A stretch of 63,285 nt of DNA, counting the filler, from Pseudovirgaria hyperparasitica (taxonomy: Eukaryota): NCBI GenBank assembly GCA_010093815.1. It is 3 parts of 3 records of this genome, joined end to end, with 100 filler letters (N's around TTAATTAATTAA, not from the genome) between each part and the next. Parts side by side here need not be neighbours in the genome. Positions count along the whole stretch, not along the records: positions 23,467 to 44,501 come from ML996584.1; 2 more parts are not named here. The stretch is one strand, 5' to 3'. The position numbers were made by a program, and so were the translations under genes. Positions 24,439-37,424 of this stretch are shown piece by piece. Position 1 is the first letter of the stretch. Every line of letters starts with the position of its first letter. Below the pieces are notes generated by a model. It saw only the letters and a list, made by a program, of their open reading frames with translations. It did no database searches and was not told where the DNA came from.

Positions 24439-27400
24439 CTAAAACCGATTTAGTAATAGATCTTATAGGATATTATAAGGTTATTACTATACCTTAAACT
24501 TAAAACTATAAGGATTATATTATAGATCTCTCTATTAATTAATATAGTAAGATATAAGGACTAACTTATATAAATAACCTAAAGTTACTTACTATACCTA
24601 TAGTAGAATAGAATATATAGTACCTAAGTACCGTTTAGAGAAACTACCAAGTACTAATATAACTAATTAATTAGTTATATATTATAAGTACTAGTAGCTA
24701 GAATATATCACGCCTAACTATCTAGTATAGAATATAAAAAACTAATAATCTATAAGAAACCCTTATAACTTATAGGCGCGACTATAATAGAGGGGTAACT
24801 AGTTAAATAGTATATTAAACTATAGGCTAGACCTATTAAGGTCCCTTATAGATAATACTAGACTATAATACTTAATAGTAGTTTAGCTACTAATATTATA
24901 TTAATCTAATAAGTATAAGAACTTAACGTTAATATCTAAGCTCTAATAGATACTATATTCTATAGTATTAACGGTCCTATTAAGTTATACGATATCTATA
25001 CTATTAAATATAGCGTCTAGAATAGTGGAGGGAAATAGAAACCCTATTACTCTATCTTTATCGTGGTAGATAGCCCCTTTAATATAATTCTAGGTATACT
25101 ATAGCTTAAAAAATATAACCTAAAACTAGACTTTATTAAGAAAATAGCTAACTAGTATATAAACCTACCTTAATAGGAACTAGTATAGCTTATTAATAAT
25201 AAATAGTTCTAGAAAGATTATAAGAAGGCGATCTCTACTATCTATATACTCTTACTTATCTAAAATAGTAAGCTTAGTATTAAAATAGACGAAAACCTAC
25301 TATACTAGTATAAAATATACTAATATATTATATTAGTGATTAATTCCTCTAAATTACCTTAATATTAATCTACTAACCTTACTATTAATCTCGAAGATAG
25401 CTAATAACCTCTATATAGATCTATTTACCCTCTTTTAGAATCTAAATTATAAGTTCTTTAGAAATATATTAAAAAGAACCTTATATAAGAATAGATTAGA
25501 TCTAGTATATCTCTAGTCGGAGCTCTAATCCTCTTTATAAAGAAGAAGGATAGAAGCCTCTATCTATATATTAACTACTATAGCCTAAATAATATTATAC
25601 AAAAGAACCGTTACCTACTACCTCTTATCTCTAAGTCTATTAATAGACTAGGATATATAAAGACCTTTACTAAGCTTAATCTACGTAATATCTACTATCG
25701 CCTTTATATTAAGGAGGGCGATAAATAGAAAACGGCCTTTAGGACCCGTTATAGATACTTTAAGTATATAGTAGTTCCTTTTAGACTAACTAACGCGCTA
25801 GGTACCTTCTAAGTATATATTAATAATATACTAGTAGGGCTACTTAATATAATATATATTATATACCTAGATAATATTCTTATCTTCTTAGATAATAAGA
25901 AGAAGTATATCTAGTATATATATATAGTTCTAGATAGACTAGAAAAGTATAAGCTATATATTAAGCTATCTAAATACGAGTTCTATTAGGACTATATTAA
26001 CTTTCTTAGCTTTATTATTACTAATTAAGGTATAACTATAGAGAGAGATAGAGTTACTACTATTATAGACTAGCCTAAACTAAAATCTATTTAAGATATA
26101 CGTGTCTTTATTAGCTTCGCTAACTACTATTAAAAGTTTATTAAATACTTCTCCCGTTTAGCTATACCTTTTAATATATATACTACTACTACTAATTCGT
26201 CTATTACGGTCCATGGTAGATAGAAATAGTATAATATTAAATTATAGTCTATTAAATTAATAGAGATTAAAAGAGCGTTCTTCGAGAAGATTAAAGAGAT
26301 ATTTATAACTACTCTACTACTAGTATACTTTAATCTAACTAAATCTATTCACGTTAAAACTAATATATTAGAATTTATAATCTTAGGTATACTCTTCTAG
26401 CCTAGACTAACTAAGTCTAAAAAGATCTAGTAGTATCTAGTTATATTCTTCTCGTGTAAGATAGCCGATATTAAGACTAGATATACTATTTATAACTAAG
26501 AGCTACTAGTAATAGTAGAGTTATTTAAGTAGTAGCGATATTATCTTAAAGGTACTATATATAATATTAAGTTACTAACTAATTACTATAACTTAAAGGG
26601 GTTTATAAGTATAATAGTTTTAAATTATTAATAGATTTAATAGGCTAAGTAGCTTATAAATTTCTACTTTATAATCTACTATTAACCTAGAAGTATAAAT
26701 CTAGCTAATAGAATATTAAGAAGACCTAACTATAAAGAAGGCGCCTAGAATTATAGTAGCTATAGGGTTCTAGAGTAGCTATAGACCTAACTCTTAAGGA
26801 CGAGGTTAGATAATATATTATCTAATAATTAGTAAGATACTAACGCTAATACTAGTAATTAAATTTATAAGACTAAAGCTAGTAACTAAAGACGTAGTAC
26901 CAAAGTCTCTAGCGAGCTATTTATTAGCGCTATTAGAGAGGGCGATAGTACCTAGTATATATATTAAGTAGACCTCGCCTAGTTAATCGTAGATCTATAG
27001 AAAATAGATCTAATAGTTTTAAAGTTATATAAAATATAGTAAAATAGATTATTACGGACCGAAGTAGACTATAAGTAGACCTTTATAGACGGCTTACTTT
27101 ACTATAATAGAAAGTATTATATACTAATAGGTAATACATGATTTACTATAGTTAGCTAATACTATAACACTAACCTAGTAGGGTATTTCGGGTATATATA
27201 TACCCTAAGCTTAATTTATTAGTACTACTTTTAGGAAGATATACCTAAGTACGTTAAAGAATAGATAGCTACTTATCTAATTTATTAAAGAACGAAGGCA
27301 TCTAGGTATAAGCTATATAGAAATTTATAGCCTCTACTAGTCCCCCTCTTTATATAGAAAGATATTACTATAGATTTTATAGTTAACTTACCTCTAAGTA

Positions 27401-29039
27401 AGATACTTAGAATAAGTTATAATTTAATTCTTATTATCGTAGATAGACTTATAAAGATATCTAGATATATTCTAGTATAGAAGATAATTATATCGAAAGA
27501 GCTAGCATAAGTATTCTAGAATAAGATTATTAAGGTCTATAATATACTAAAAAGGATTATTATAGACCGAGGGAGTATATTTATATCTAAATTCTAGACG
27601 TCGTTCTATAAAATAGCTAGTATAAATAGAAATATATCTATAGTATTCTATCTATAAATAGATAGTTAGATAGAGCAATAGAACTAGATACTTAAGGCCT
27701 ACCTTTACGTATTCTATAATTCTAAATAAGATAACTAGGCCTCTCTACTAAGTATAGCGGAATTTATATATAATAATAGTTATTATAGTATAATAGGTAT
27801 TATACCCTTCTAGGCGAACCTAGGACGTAGTCTAAGAATAGGTTTTAAACCTTATACGGTCTAATTCAATTAAATAATAGATATTAATATCTATATATAG
27901 AAACTAGCGATTAAAATCTTTAAAACTATATATAATTATTATATAATAATCTAGTAAGTAAATAAGTTATATATAAAGTACTATAATAGATTAGCTAAAG
28001 ATTAAATATATAAGGAGGGAGATAAAGTTCTTCTTAATGTTTATAATATATAAACGTTATAAGTAAATAAAAAGCTTAATTATAAAATAGCTAGTCCATT
28101 CCGAATTAAACGTTATATTAGTATAAGAGTCTATAAGCTCGACCTAGAAAGTAATATAAAAATCTATAACGTGTTCCACGTCTTACTACTTAAAAGGTTT
28201 TAATCTAATATATATAATCGTATAAACGTATAATTATACTCTATTATACTCTAAGAGAGACTAGACGTATACGAAGTAGACTATATTATTAAATATAGAA
28301 TTAATGAGAGCGGTATTTAGAAATATTAAATCTATTAGAAGAACTATACTAAGGATAAAGATACCTAGAAACTAGTAGTATATATCTTAAGTACCGCGAT
28401 ATCTATATATAAATAGAGGTTATAGAATAATATGTTAGTATTATAAATCTAGTACTATTAGAGTCGCTGTAAAAAGAAGAAGAATACCATAGAGAATAAA
28501 GTACTAAATTATAAATCTTAGACGTATATTAGGAAAACTCTATAAGGTAGCCCTATAATTCAAGTAATATATAGTTACTAGACGCGAAGAAAATATAAAT
28601 AATCGTTATAGACACGCGACGTAATATATTATAATAGAATAATATAGAAAAGTCTAGAATAGACTAATATAGACTATTATACACGAGAAAAATATAGAAC
28701 TAAGAAACTAAAAAGGTACCCTACTACGGAATTAAACTTATAATATATAATATAAAAAGTTAGAGTACCTAAACTAATAACTACTAGGCTACTAGTTCGG
28801 GTACTCTAATAAAATTTAGAGAGATAAACTAATTTATATACGACGTCTATACTTAGATAACTTAAGGAAAATTAGAATCTAGAATTTGATAGTTATAGAA
28901 TAAACGAGAGTATATATAATATTATTAAGTTAAGAATTAAATTACTAGAAAACTAGTAGATAGATATCTAAATAGTCTAAAAAGGACTAAAATAGATAGA
29001 AACTAGGTAAATAGAGCTAGAATATACTATAAAAACCAC

Positions 29040-32000
29040 CTATATAGAAAAGCTAGAGCTATAGAGCTACTCCTCTATCTTATTATTACTTTTAGAGTAT
29101 AGTAAATAAACTAGCTAAGTAATAGAGTAGTATAGATTAGATATCTTATCCTCTAGAGTAGCTACTTAATTAACTAGAGTCTAGTAAGAGAAGGACTACG
29201 CGCTAGAATAGAGTAACTAGATCTAAAGTTAGCTAATATAATCTAGAATAATCTAAAATAGAATATATACTCTCTTATAAGATAACTTAGAGGGAGAACT
29301 AGTAGATCTCTTATAAGATCTATTAGTAGTATAAGGTAGACGGAAAGAGATACCCTAAATCTCTTCTATAGCCTTAGTAGTTAAAACTAACTCCCTAGAG
29401 TAGGTAGTCTAGATACTAGGGATCTTATAATAACTAAAAAATATAAGCTAAGGCTAGAAGTAACTAATAGTTTCTAAACTTATACTTTAATAATCTCTAG
29501 AAAGAGCTTATAGCGCTCTCTAAATTCTTTATATATAGAGGGTAAGTAACTACTAAGACTACTAAGGGTCTTATAGACGCGAAGGCTATTATATATATTC
29601 TATATATAAATAGAAACCTAAAAACGTATTAGTATAGATAACTTTAGATTATCTAAGACTAAAATAGTCTAATAGACTTATCTAAAGATAAGCCTTACTA
29701 AAGATAGTATAATAATAATAATAATATTAGTAAACTAGGTAGAGTACCACTCTATAGGTGCATGCCTCCTCTAGTCTAAGCTACTATATAAGAAGAAACC
29801 TACGAATAGGAAAAACTCCCTTATATCCATAACTACGCTCTGTCTATCCTCTCGTTCTTTATATATATATAGCCCTAGGGGCTACCCATAGGCCTATAGC
29901 CTATGTTATAATGGTTTGCCCTTAGGTAGCACGTGTAGATGCGGAGATTATTAGTTAAGGGCTGCCCTTAACTAATAATCGCGGTTCTCCCGGGGTTCTT
30001 CCGACGTATACCGGGGTTCTTCCGGCATATATTAGGCTTCTTCTAGCATATATACGCGGGTCTACTAGAACTAGGGGAGAGGAAGGTATGCGAGCATCTA
30101 TCGGGCGACGTCCTTAGGGTACTTATTAAGCCATCGCGTAATGTCGGAGGTCCTCGTTATACGGACGAGGGCTTGTCTTAGGGTATAGAGGCTAGAGCAC
30201 GTCGCGAGGTAGTAGCGTATTATGCCTCTCCGGCCGTAGTCCTCGTACTAGGGAGATACATCTAGGACGCCTCTCTAGTAGAGGTAATGTAGGAGACCTA
30301 TGGCGCCTGTTCGGGCTTAGAGGAGTATAGATGCTTAGGCCTTCGTTAGCCCTTTATATATCTATTTACTCGGTTCCTTCTAAGGCCCTCGGATCTATTC
30401 TAGATATCTATCCTATTAGGAGGCCCACTAGGCTTTAAGTACCTTCCTCTATTTATTCTAGATTCACGACCGCATGACGCGGCTAAGCTCCTTAGAGCTC
30501 TATTAGCTCGGGACGGCATCTAGGTTATTTCGAACCTCCTACACGGTCTAGCTTAAGTCCGCCTCTATATGGTATTTATATTATACTCGAGTTTATCCTA
30601 TAGTAGGGAGGGCCTAGTAATGCGCGCGGATACGTATACATAGTACGGCGAAGGTATATACCCTATCTCCTCCACGTTCTTATACTTATTATTTAGTAAA
30701 GTATATAAGTCTCTATATCTAGTAGAAGTCCTATATACTCGTTACGTTTATCTCGCGTCGGAGGAGCGTCGTGTTAGTAGCTTTATATACGCCGGAGATA
30801 AGGCGGAGTATACGGTTTTATATAGACTTAAGCTTTGCCCGCCAAGCTTGTATAAGGGCCGTGTACTAGTACTCGTGTCCGTATATAAAGGCTAGGCGTG
30901 CTAGGGAGACGTATAGCTGTCTCGCCTTATCCCGGGCTATTCCCCACGTGGATACCGTAATCCGGTATATAGTAGTTTCTATCTAGAGGGCTCTGGAGAC
31001 GGCGTGTGCCACCTATAGTCTCTATTTTAGCTTATTATCGATTATGACGCCGAGTGCGCGTATGCTCTATGCTAGTAGTTCTATAAAGGCGTCGATTTAG
31101 GGGCGACGTGCCCCCTCCCTAGTAGCCTATCCTCTATAGCAGTTAATAAAGTATATAAGCTAGTATTTTTTAGGTGCGAATTTTGCTCCGTGGCGCTTTA
31201 CCTACTAGACGCATTTCTCGTGGTCTCGTTCGAGTCGTATGCATGTTCTACTAGTACTACTATCGACCGCGAGGAGGTATGTATCGTCCGCGTATCCGAC
31301 TACCTCTATGTATTCTATTCTCTAAAGGAGGTCTACTATAAAGAAGAGGAAGAGGATCGGGGAGATGGTACTCCCTTACGGGATGCCGTATACCGTCTCC
31401 TTATATTCGCTTCGGTATCCGGGGATATATATTTAAGTAGTCCTTTACGCGAGGAAGGACTATATAAATCATGTAATCTACTTAGGTATTCGCCTTATCC
31501 GGAGGTTGTGGATAAGTCTTATATGGTTTACCTTATTAAACGCCTCTACTATGTCTAGGGAGAGTAGCGTAACGACTCGTCCTTATTTCTATGTAGTCTA
31601 GATAACCTCGAGAATATGTTAAATAGCTGTGATTAGGGAGCTTCCTATCTTCGCCTTCTGGTTTGCTAGGAGAAGGCCGTGTACCTATACTACTATACTT
31701 ATCTTCTTAGTAATCGTGGCTTCTAGTACCTTACCAAGGTAGGAGAGGAGGGCGATTGGCCTCCATCCCTTCGGCGTGTTTAGGCTCTTCCCTAGTTTTA
31801 GGAGTATAACCGTGTATACGGTTCGGAAGCTCTATAGGTGGTATCCTATACGGGCGTACGCTCGGAATATATGGCCTATAATCGGTAAGGTCGCCTATAT
31901 AGTCCTCTTAAGGCATCGATTCGGAATTCTATCTAGCCCGGGCGCTTTATCGTTCGGGAGTGTCTTAATGGCGCCAAGTATATCGTCGTCCGTGATTTCC

Positions 32001-35000
32001 CTAGGGATACTCACGGCTTCCGGGTATTCCGTGCCGTCGATATCTAATAGATCTACGGGTTCTAGGAGAGGGAACATAACCTCTTATAGGATCTCTATTT
32101 TCTCGAGGCTCGTAGAGTACGTCTTTTCTTAATGTATAAGGGGAGGTATAAGTGGTGTAGGTGTCGGGGAGGCGGTGCTTTTGGCCCATTTTACCATATA
32201 CCATAGTCTAGTAGTATTACGTGTGTGTCTGTCCGTGACTATACGCTACTATTTACGTCGCTCGTTACGGAGGACCTTATCTCGTTATCTTCTCGCCTCT
32301 CTCTATTTATTCTATGCTTTAGGTGTACGGTTATAGTATACGCGTATATATAATCTCCGGACTTCTCGCCTATGCTCTCGCACTTAAGGTATGCTTTTTA
32401 GGTCTAGGGGTCTATATATTCGGTACGGCACGTGTTTATCTCTTGCTCCCTAGTACGCCTATAGGAGTATATTCACGGCCTAGTCGATGGCCGGGCCATT
32501 AGATACATTAACTATAGACGGGTCTAGGATCGTCGATTCCAGGTCCTTTAGGTACTTTTCCTAGTTAGTGTCCTTCTATAGCTATTGCCCTCGTTAGTCT
32601 TAAGGGGTAGATACGTCTATTACGGTCTCTATATATTCGTGGTCGGAGTCTATCTATATAAGGCTTAGGCGGTAGTATTAAGTCCTATTATAAATGTGTC
32701 TAGTGGCTAGGGTAAGGTCGAGTATAGATCCGCCCTTATCTTATTTATGTTTTCGCTAGGTAATCTATTCTACTAGTATAAGAAGGTATAGAAAGTAGTA
32801 GTATTAGGTGCGTAGTTCTCTAGCTCGAAGCTCTTCGCGGGTGACGGTTAGTCCACCCTACTAGCTATAATAGAGGTTAAAGTCTCCTAGGAGGATGTGT
32901 TATCCTAGCTCGGTAGTACCCTTAAGTATATTATCCGCCTAAAGTAATCGGTTCTAATTATATATGTTATATATATAGAGGGGTCCGATATTTATCTAGA
33001 GGTGTAGTGTTATCCAGAGGTTATCCCGTTTAGTATATAACTATAATAAGAGTAGAATAGACTTATGGACATGGAAGAGGACTCTCCTCTCCGGTCCTAG
33101 GGGGTGTATTATATAATATTCTAGGTGTGTTATTGGTTTGTTCGTCTAGTAGTGTTTATATAGCTCCTATATAGCGAGTATTATAGCTCCGGTCTCCTCG
33201 AGGAGTATCGCCTAGTTCTTATGTTTATACTATACGTTTGCCTATATAATTAGGAGTGTATCTTAGTCTCTTATTAGGTGCTAGGGAATGTATAGGCCTG
33301 TATATTCGTTCCTCTAAGACGCGACTATCCTCGTGCGGCGGCGGCCTTAGTAATTCCTCGGGGCCGTCCTATTATTAGCTTTCTCGGGACGGTTTACCAT
33401 TCCTAACCGCTTCCTCGTAAGGAGGTAGTCTATAGTAGTAGTGTTATAGTAAAGAGAGGAACGGTAGTAGGTCGCATCGTTTATAGCTACCTTGCTCCCT
33501 TTATCCGGATTAAGTAGATATATTTAGTAACCTATTTGCGTTTCGCGCACGTAGCCGACTACGACGGGTGCTTACCGTCGTAGTTAGAGTACTTCGCCGT
33601 GTCCCTATCCCTCTAGCCCTCTCCTCGTGTCCTATAGGGGCACTTCTAGGTACTATGTTCTTATCGACACTACCTACACCTAGTCTTTTAGAAGTACCGC
33701 TATACCGTATACCCGTATCTCTAATAGTTAAAGCACTATATTATCGCCTATACTCTATTCTATAGTTCCGCTATAAGAAGCTCCCCTTCCGCTAGGAATC
33801 CCTCTTACGTAATTTAATACGCGAGGGCGGGGTCCTTAAGCTCCACTATTATAGTAGAGTATGCCTTCGATCTGGTTTTAATCCCTTATATATTCTTCCA
33901 CCATACTCTTACGATCTTAATCTCTAGGTATTTTCGCTCGTTTAACTATTCTATCCGCGTGATATTCTCTTCTCCGATAACCTATCCGCTTACGGGCATA
34001 GAGTATATCTATATCGGGTATGTGGCCGCCCTAATAGAGGCGCCTAGAAAGATACTACTAATCGCGTTCGGATCGCGTAAGATAGTCTACTACGCGATAT
34101 TCGTTGTCGTAGTAAGTACTACTCCTCCTAGCGTAAGTTTGGCAGCGACGACGTTTAACTACATTCCCTTTTATTCGTTAATCTTACTTACTATGTCCTT
34201 TAGGGATACTTACTAGACCTATACTAGGGTGTCCTTATCCTAGATTACGACGCGTATACTATACGCCGCGTCGCCGGTCCGGGGGGCCCGTGGTATAGCC
34301 TCTAGTATTACTACTATTTATGCCTATATGCTAGGGCGCTTACCTTAAGTAAGTTCCTCCTGGATTCTACGTAGGCTAGCCTCCATTCGGTCGAGCCTAC
34401 CCTCCGGTCCTCCTAGTTATATCTTCTTCTCCTCCTCCGTAATTCCCTTTAGGTTCCGGATAAGGTCCTAGAATACATGTAGGAGAGTCTTCTAGCCCTC
34501 TCCGGCTTCCTTCTCTACACGTACTACCTGGTAGTCGATACAATCTAGGAGGGTTTCCCCTCTCGGGGTCCCCTTTATTCCGTCTATCTATGGCGGCGTG
34601 CGCCTTTAGGTATGTTCTACGTTTTGGATAGGTATATAGCTGCCCTCGGTAATGTCGCTATATGGCCTTTTCTATCGTACCGGTAGGGGTATATCTAGTA
34701 TATACCGGGGTATGTCGGTGCCTAAGGCCGCCATATTTATTAGTCAAGGGCTACCCTTAACTAATAAAAAGGGGGTCGGTATATTAGCGTTCTAGTAGCG
34801 TAGTCCGTGCCTCTGTCTCCGTGAGGATTTTAAGAGGGTATATATATATCTTTATACGGCGATAACGTCTTGGTTTCGACGCTACACGTACGTGCGTATA
34901 GTAGTAGTTGGTGTACTCGGTGTACTCTATCGATTAAGGTGTGTATCTCGCTGTATTACCCCAAATGGACTAAGTTAGCCTCTTAGGGATGTAAAAGAAG

Positions 35001-35683
35001 TTTTGTAGACTAAAGATAGTATAGTAATAGTAGTAAGTAGATAGCTTAAAGACTAGATATATAGGCCTATTACGGTTAGTAGAGTAGTAGCTAATACTAG
35101 AGTTAGAGTAGAAGAGATATTTAGAGCCGGCCGTATAGCTCTTAATATACTTAAAGTATATTAAACTATAGTTCGCTATTTTTCTATAGTATAAACTATA
35201 ACTACGTTTAGTATCTTTAGTAATCTAGACCTTATTATTAGAAGGGCTAGACTTAGAGTAAATAGTAAGGTTCTAGAAGAACCTAGAGTAACTAAATTAG
35301 TCTATATTAGACTAAAGAGAGAGACGGCGTTTAGAGTAGGGCGGCGAGAGTATAGGCTCTTAATTATTATCTATAATAAGATCTTCTTTATCCTCTAAAG
35401 AAGGTAAAGTAGATAGATAGTATAAGAAAGTATAAGTAGACTTTATAGCCGCTTCTTCTATAACGCTAGTACTAGAATTATCTAGATTAGAGCGACTAGT
35501 AGCTATATTAGTAGTAATAGTAGTAGTAGCCTTAGCTACCCTTCTCTATAACTTAGTATACTCCTTTATACTACTATAATAAGTAGTCTTCTTAGCCGGT
35601 ATAGATAGAGTAGAGGTAACCCCTTTAGAGTAAGTCTTATAAGAAGAGAAGATAGACTTAGAAATAGAACTAGTATTAGATAT
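29040..35683 (-). pseudogene. Gypsy-B antisense spliced accessory gene (Zn2Cys6-like motif, C-terminal coiled-coil), split by LINE-4
   Basis: Exons 35683-35009 + 29696-29682, 29617-29484, 29433-29271, 29216 to about 29040 (end uncertain). Introns of 64, 50 and 54 nt with (R)CTAAY-type branch sites and TAG acceptors, all phases consistent. Extra 5' UTR intron GTAAGT 35869-35684. Confidence 0.72.
29712..35008 (-). mobile_element. LINE-4: full-length Tad1-like LINE (more GC-rich, divergent subfamily)
   Basis: 15-bp TSD ACTAAAGATAGTATA at 29697-29711 and 35009-35023. ORF-track 31895-32077 gives KAPGLDRIPN (LINE RT N-terminus). GYADD at ~31225-31240 (minus). Confidence 0.93.
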
Positions 35684-36769
35684 CTATATATATATATTAG
35701 CTAGAGATCTAAGAATAAAATATTTATCCCTTAAGAGTAATTAGAAAAGCTAAATTAGTAACTATAATAACGCGAATAGATTATATAAGACTAGTTCTAA
35801 TAAGAATAGACTACTCTAAACCCGAATAGACCTAAACTAGAGAAGATAGTATAGAAATTAATAACTTACCTTAAGAGTAAGGTAGATATACTAAAGAAAA
35901 AAATTTAGAATAAGAGAACTAAATATAAGCTTAGTTAATATAGTAGTTATATAACTATAGAGCTATCTCTAAGGTAGTAGCTAGAAAGTAAGAGATAAGC
36001 GTATATATAAGTTAATAAAAGTAAACTAGAGACTTAAGTTTACTAAGGTAAAGGCTATTAATAATATTATAAAGATTTAATTAGATATATATATAAATAT
36101 AATACTTATAAGATTATAGATTTATATATAGTTAAGTACTTTAGAGCGAAGTATAAAAAGAAGAAGAATATTATTAGAATAGATACTAGAATAGACTTAA
36201 CTAGACTACTATAGTCTAGTATAGTCCTATAATAGATAGACCTAGGTTAAGTTAGCTAGATTAAGCGAAACTACTATATAAGTAGACTATATATACTTAA
36301 TTCCTACTCTTTAGGAATTAACCTTATTATAAGAGTAGACTATCCTTTTAAATATATTTCTAAATCCTTCTATAATCTATTAGACTACTATCTTATATCT
36401 ATATTCCTATAATAGATGTGACTAAGGTGTTACTATAATAGTAATTAGAATATATTATAATTTAACTTAGAGAGAGTAGGGGTGGCTCGTATAGGTTATA
36501 GCTTAAGTATAGTCTTAAGCGAGATCACGTGATACCCCTATACTAGTCTCTATCCGTCCCGGCTCCGTTATATAACGCTAGAGATAAGGTAAAGCCGAAG
36601 TCCATAATATACTCTTATTCTCTAGGGTTATCTTAGGGACCGGCTTAGTATTTCATATAATAATAACCGGCTCGGTTAGGTCTTAGGTTTACGGTCTTTA
36701 TATCGTACTATATAATAGTAGTAGGGCTATATATTACGTCCGGTAAGATGGCCGTATCCTATAGTCGTG

Positions 36770-37150
36770 TCTCGGTCGTGTAATAGAGGAGGGTTCCTCT
36801 ATAACGGCGTCGTTAGTCATATAATCGCACGGTAGTAGCACCTCGTGGTTACGTCCTAGCGGTTACGTGGTAGAGGAAGGTTCCTTATATTATAGCGTCG
36901 TTAGTTATATAATCGCATGGTAGTAGTATCTCGTAGTTATATTCTAGCGGTCACGTAGCGGAGAAGGGTTCCTTACCTTACGGCGTCGTTAGTCATGTAA
37001 TCGCACTATAGTAGTATCTTATAGTTGCGTCCTAGCGGTCACGTAGCGAAGGTAGATTCCTTATACTACGGCGTTATTAGTTATATAATTACACGGTAGT
37101 AGCATCTTATAGTCGCGTTCTAGCGGTCACGTAGCGGAGGTAGGGTATCC
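36770..37150. repeat. Tandem array of about 4.3 x 87-88 bp inside gypsy C
   Basis: TTCC anchor recurs at 36794, 36881, 36969 and 37057, with CGGCGTCGTTAGTCAT and AGCGGTCACGTAGCGG motifs. Confidence 0.92.
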
Positions 37151-37155
37151 TACGC

Positions 37156-37303
37156 ACGAACCGCGCGTCTTATTTATTATTATCTATTTTAGAACCGGTT
37201 CTTCTCCGGGCCAGGGGTTAGATAGTAGTAGTAGGGTAGCTTACGTACGACCCGCGTTTATTATTATTATTATCTATTTTAGAACCGGCTCTACCCCGGC
37301 CCA
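37156..37303. repeat. Two copies of a ~58-bp repeat (period ~90) in gypsy C
   Basis: ACGA.CCGCG...TTATTATCTATTTTAGAACCGG at ~37156 and ~37247. Confidence 0.8.
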
Positions 37304-37424
37304 CACGATTTTCCCCAATACGAGTATATAGGTTCTACGTCTAGCGACTTTCTTCTTCTTTAACTACTATTATACCTACTATCTCGATACCGCGTAGTAG
37401 CTACTACGATATTAGTAAACTCGT

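Larger units (their letters stand above)
24439..36407 (+). mobile_element. Ty3/gypsy chromovirus family B (5'-truncated; PR-RT-RH-INT-chromodomain, long 3' region, probable 3' LTR from ~36172)
   Basis: LCIDYRGLN (~25558), YLDDILI (~25864), VETDAS (~26353), WKDITMDF (~27355), chromodomain YEVD..I..H...WK.Y...DTWEP (~28270-28375). Purine tract at ~36155-36170. Interrupted by LINE-4 and by gypsy C. Confidence 0.88.

Noticed and set aside
24088..36757. 350-bp inverted repeats flanking gypsy B
   Set aside because: They are the 3' ends of two independent gypsy C insertions; the right one has its own partner LTR and TSD.
36770..37150. CRISPR-like array
   Set aside because: Whole units are repeated with no unique spacers, and the context is eukaryotic. 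The same applies to 48060-48545.
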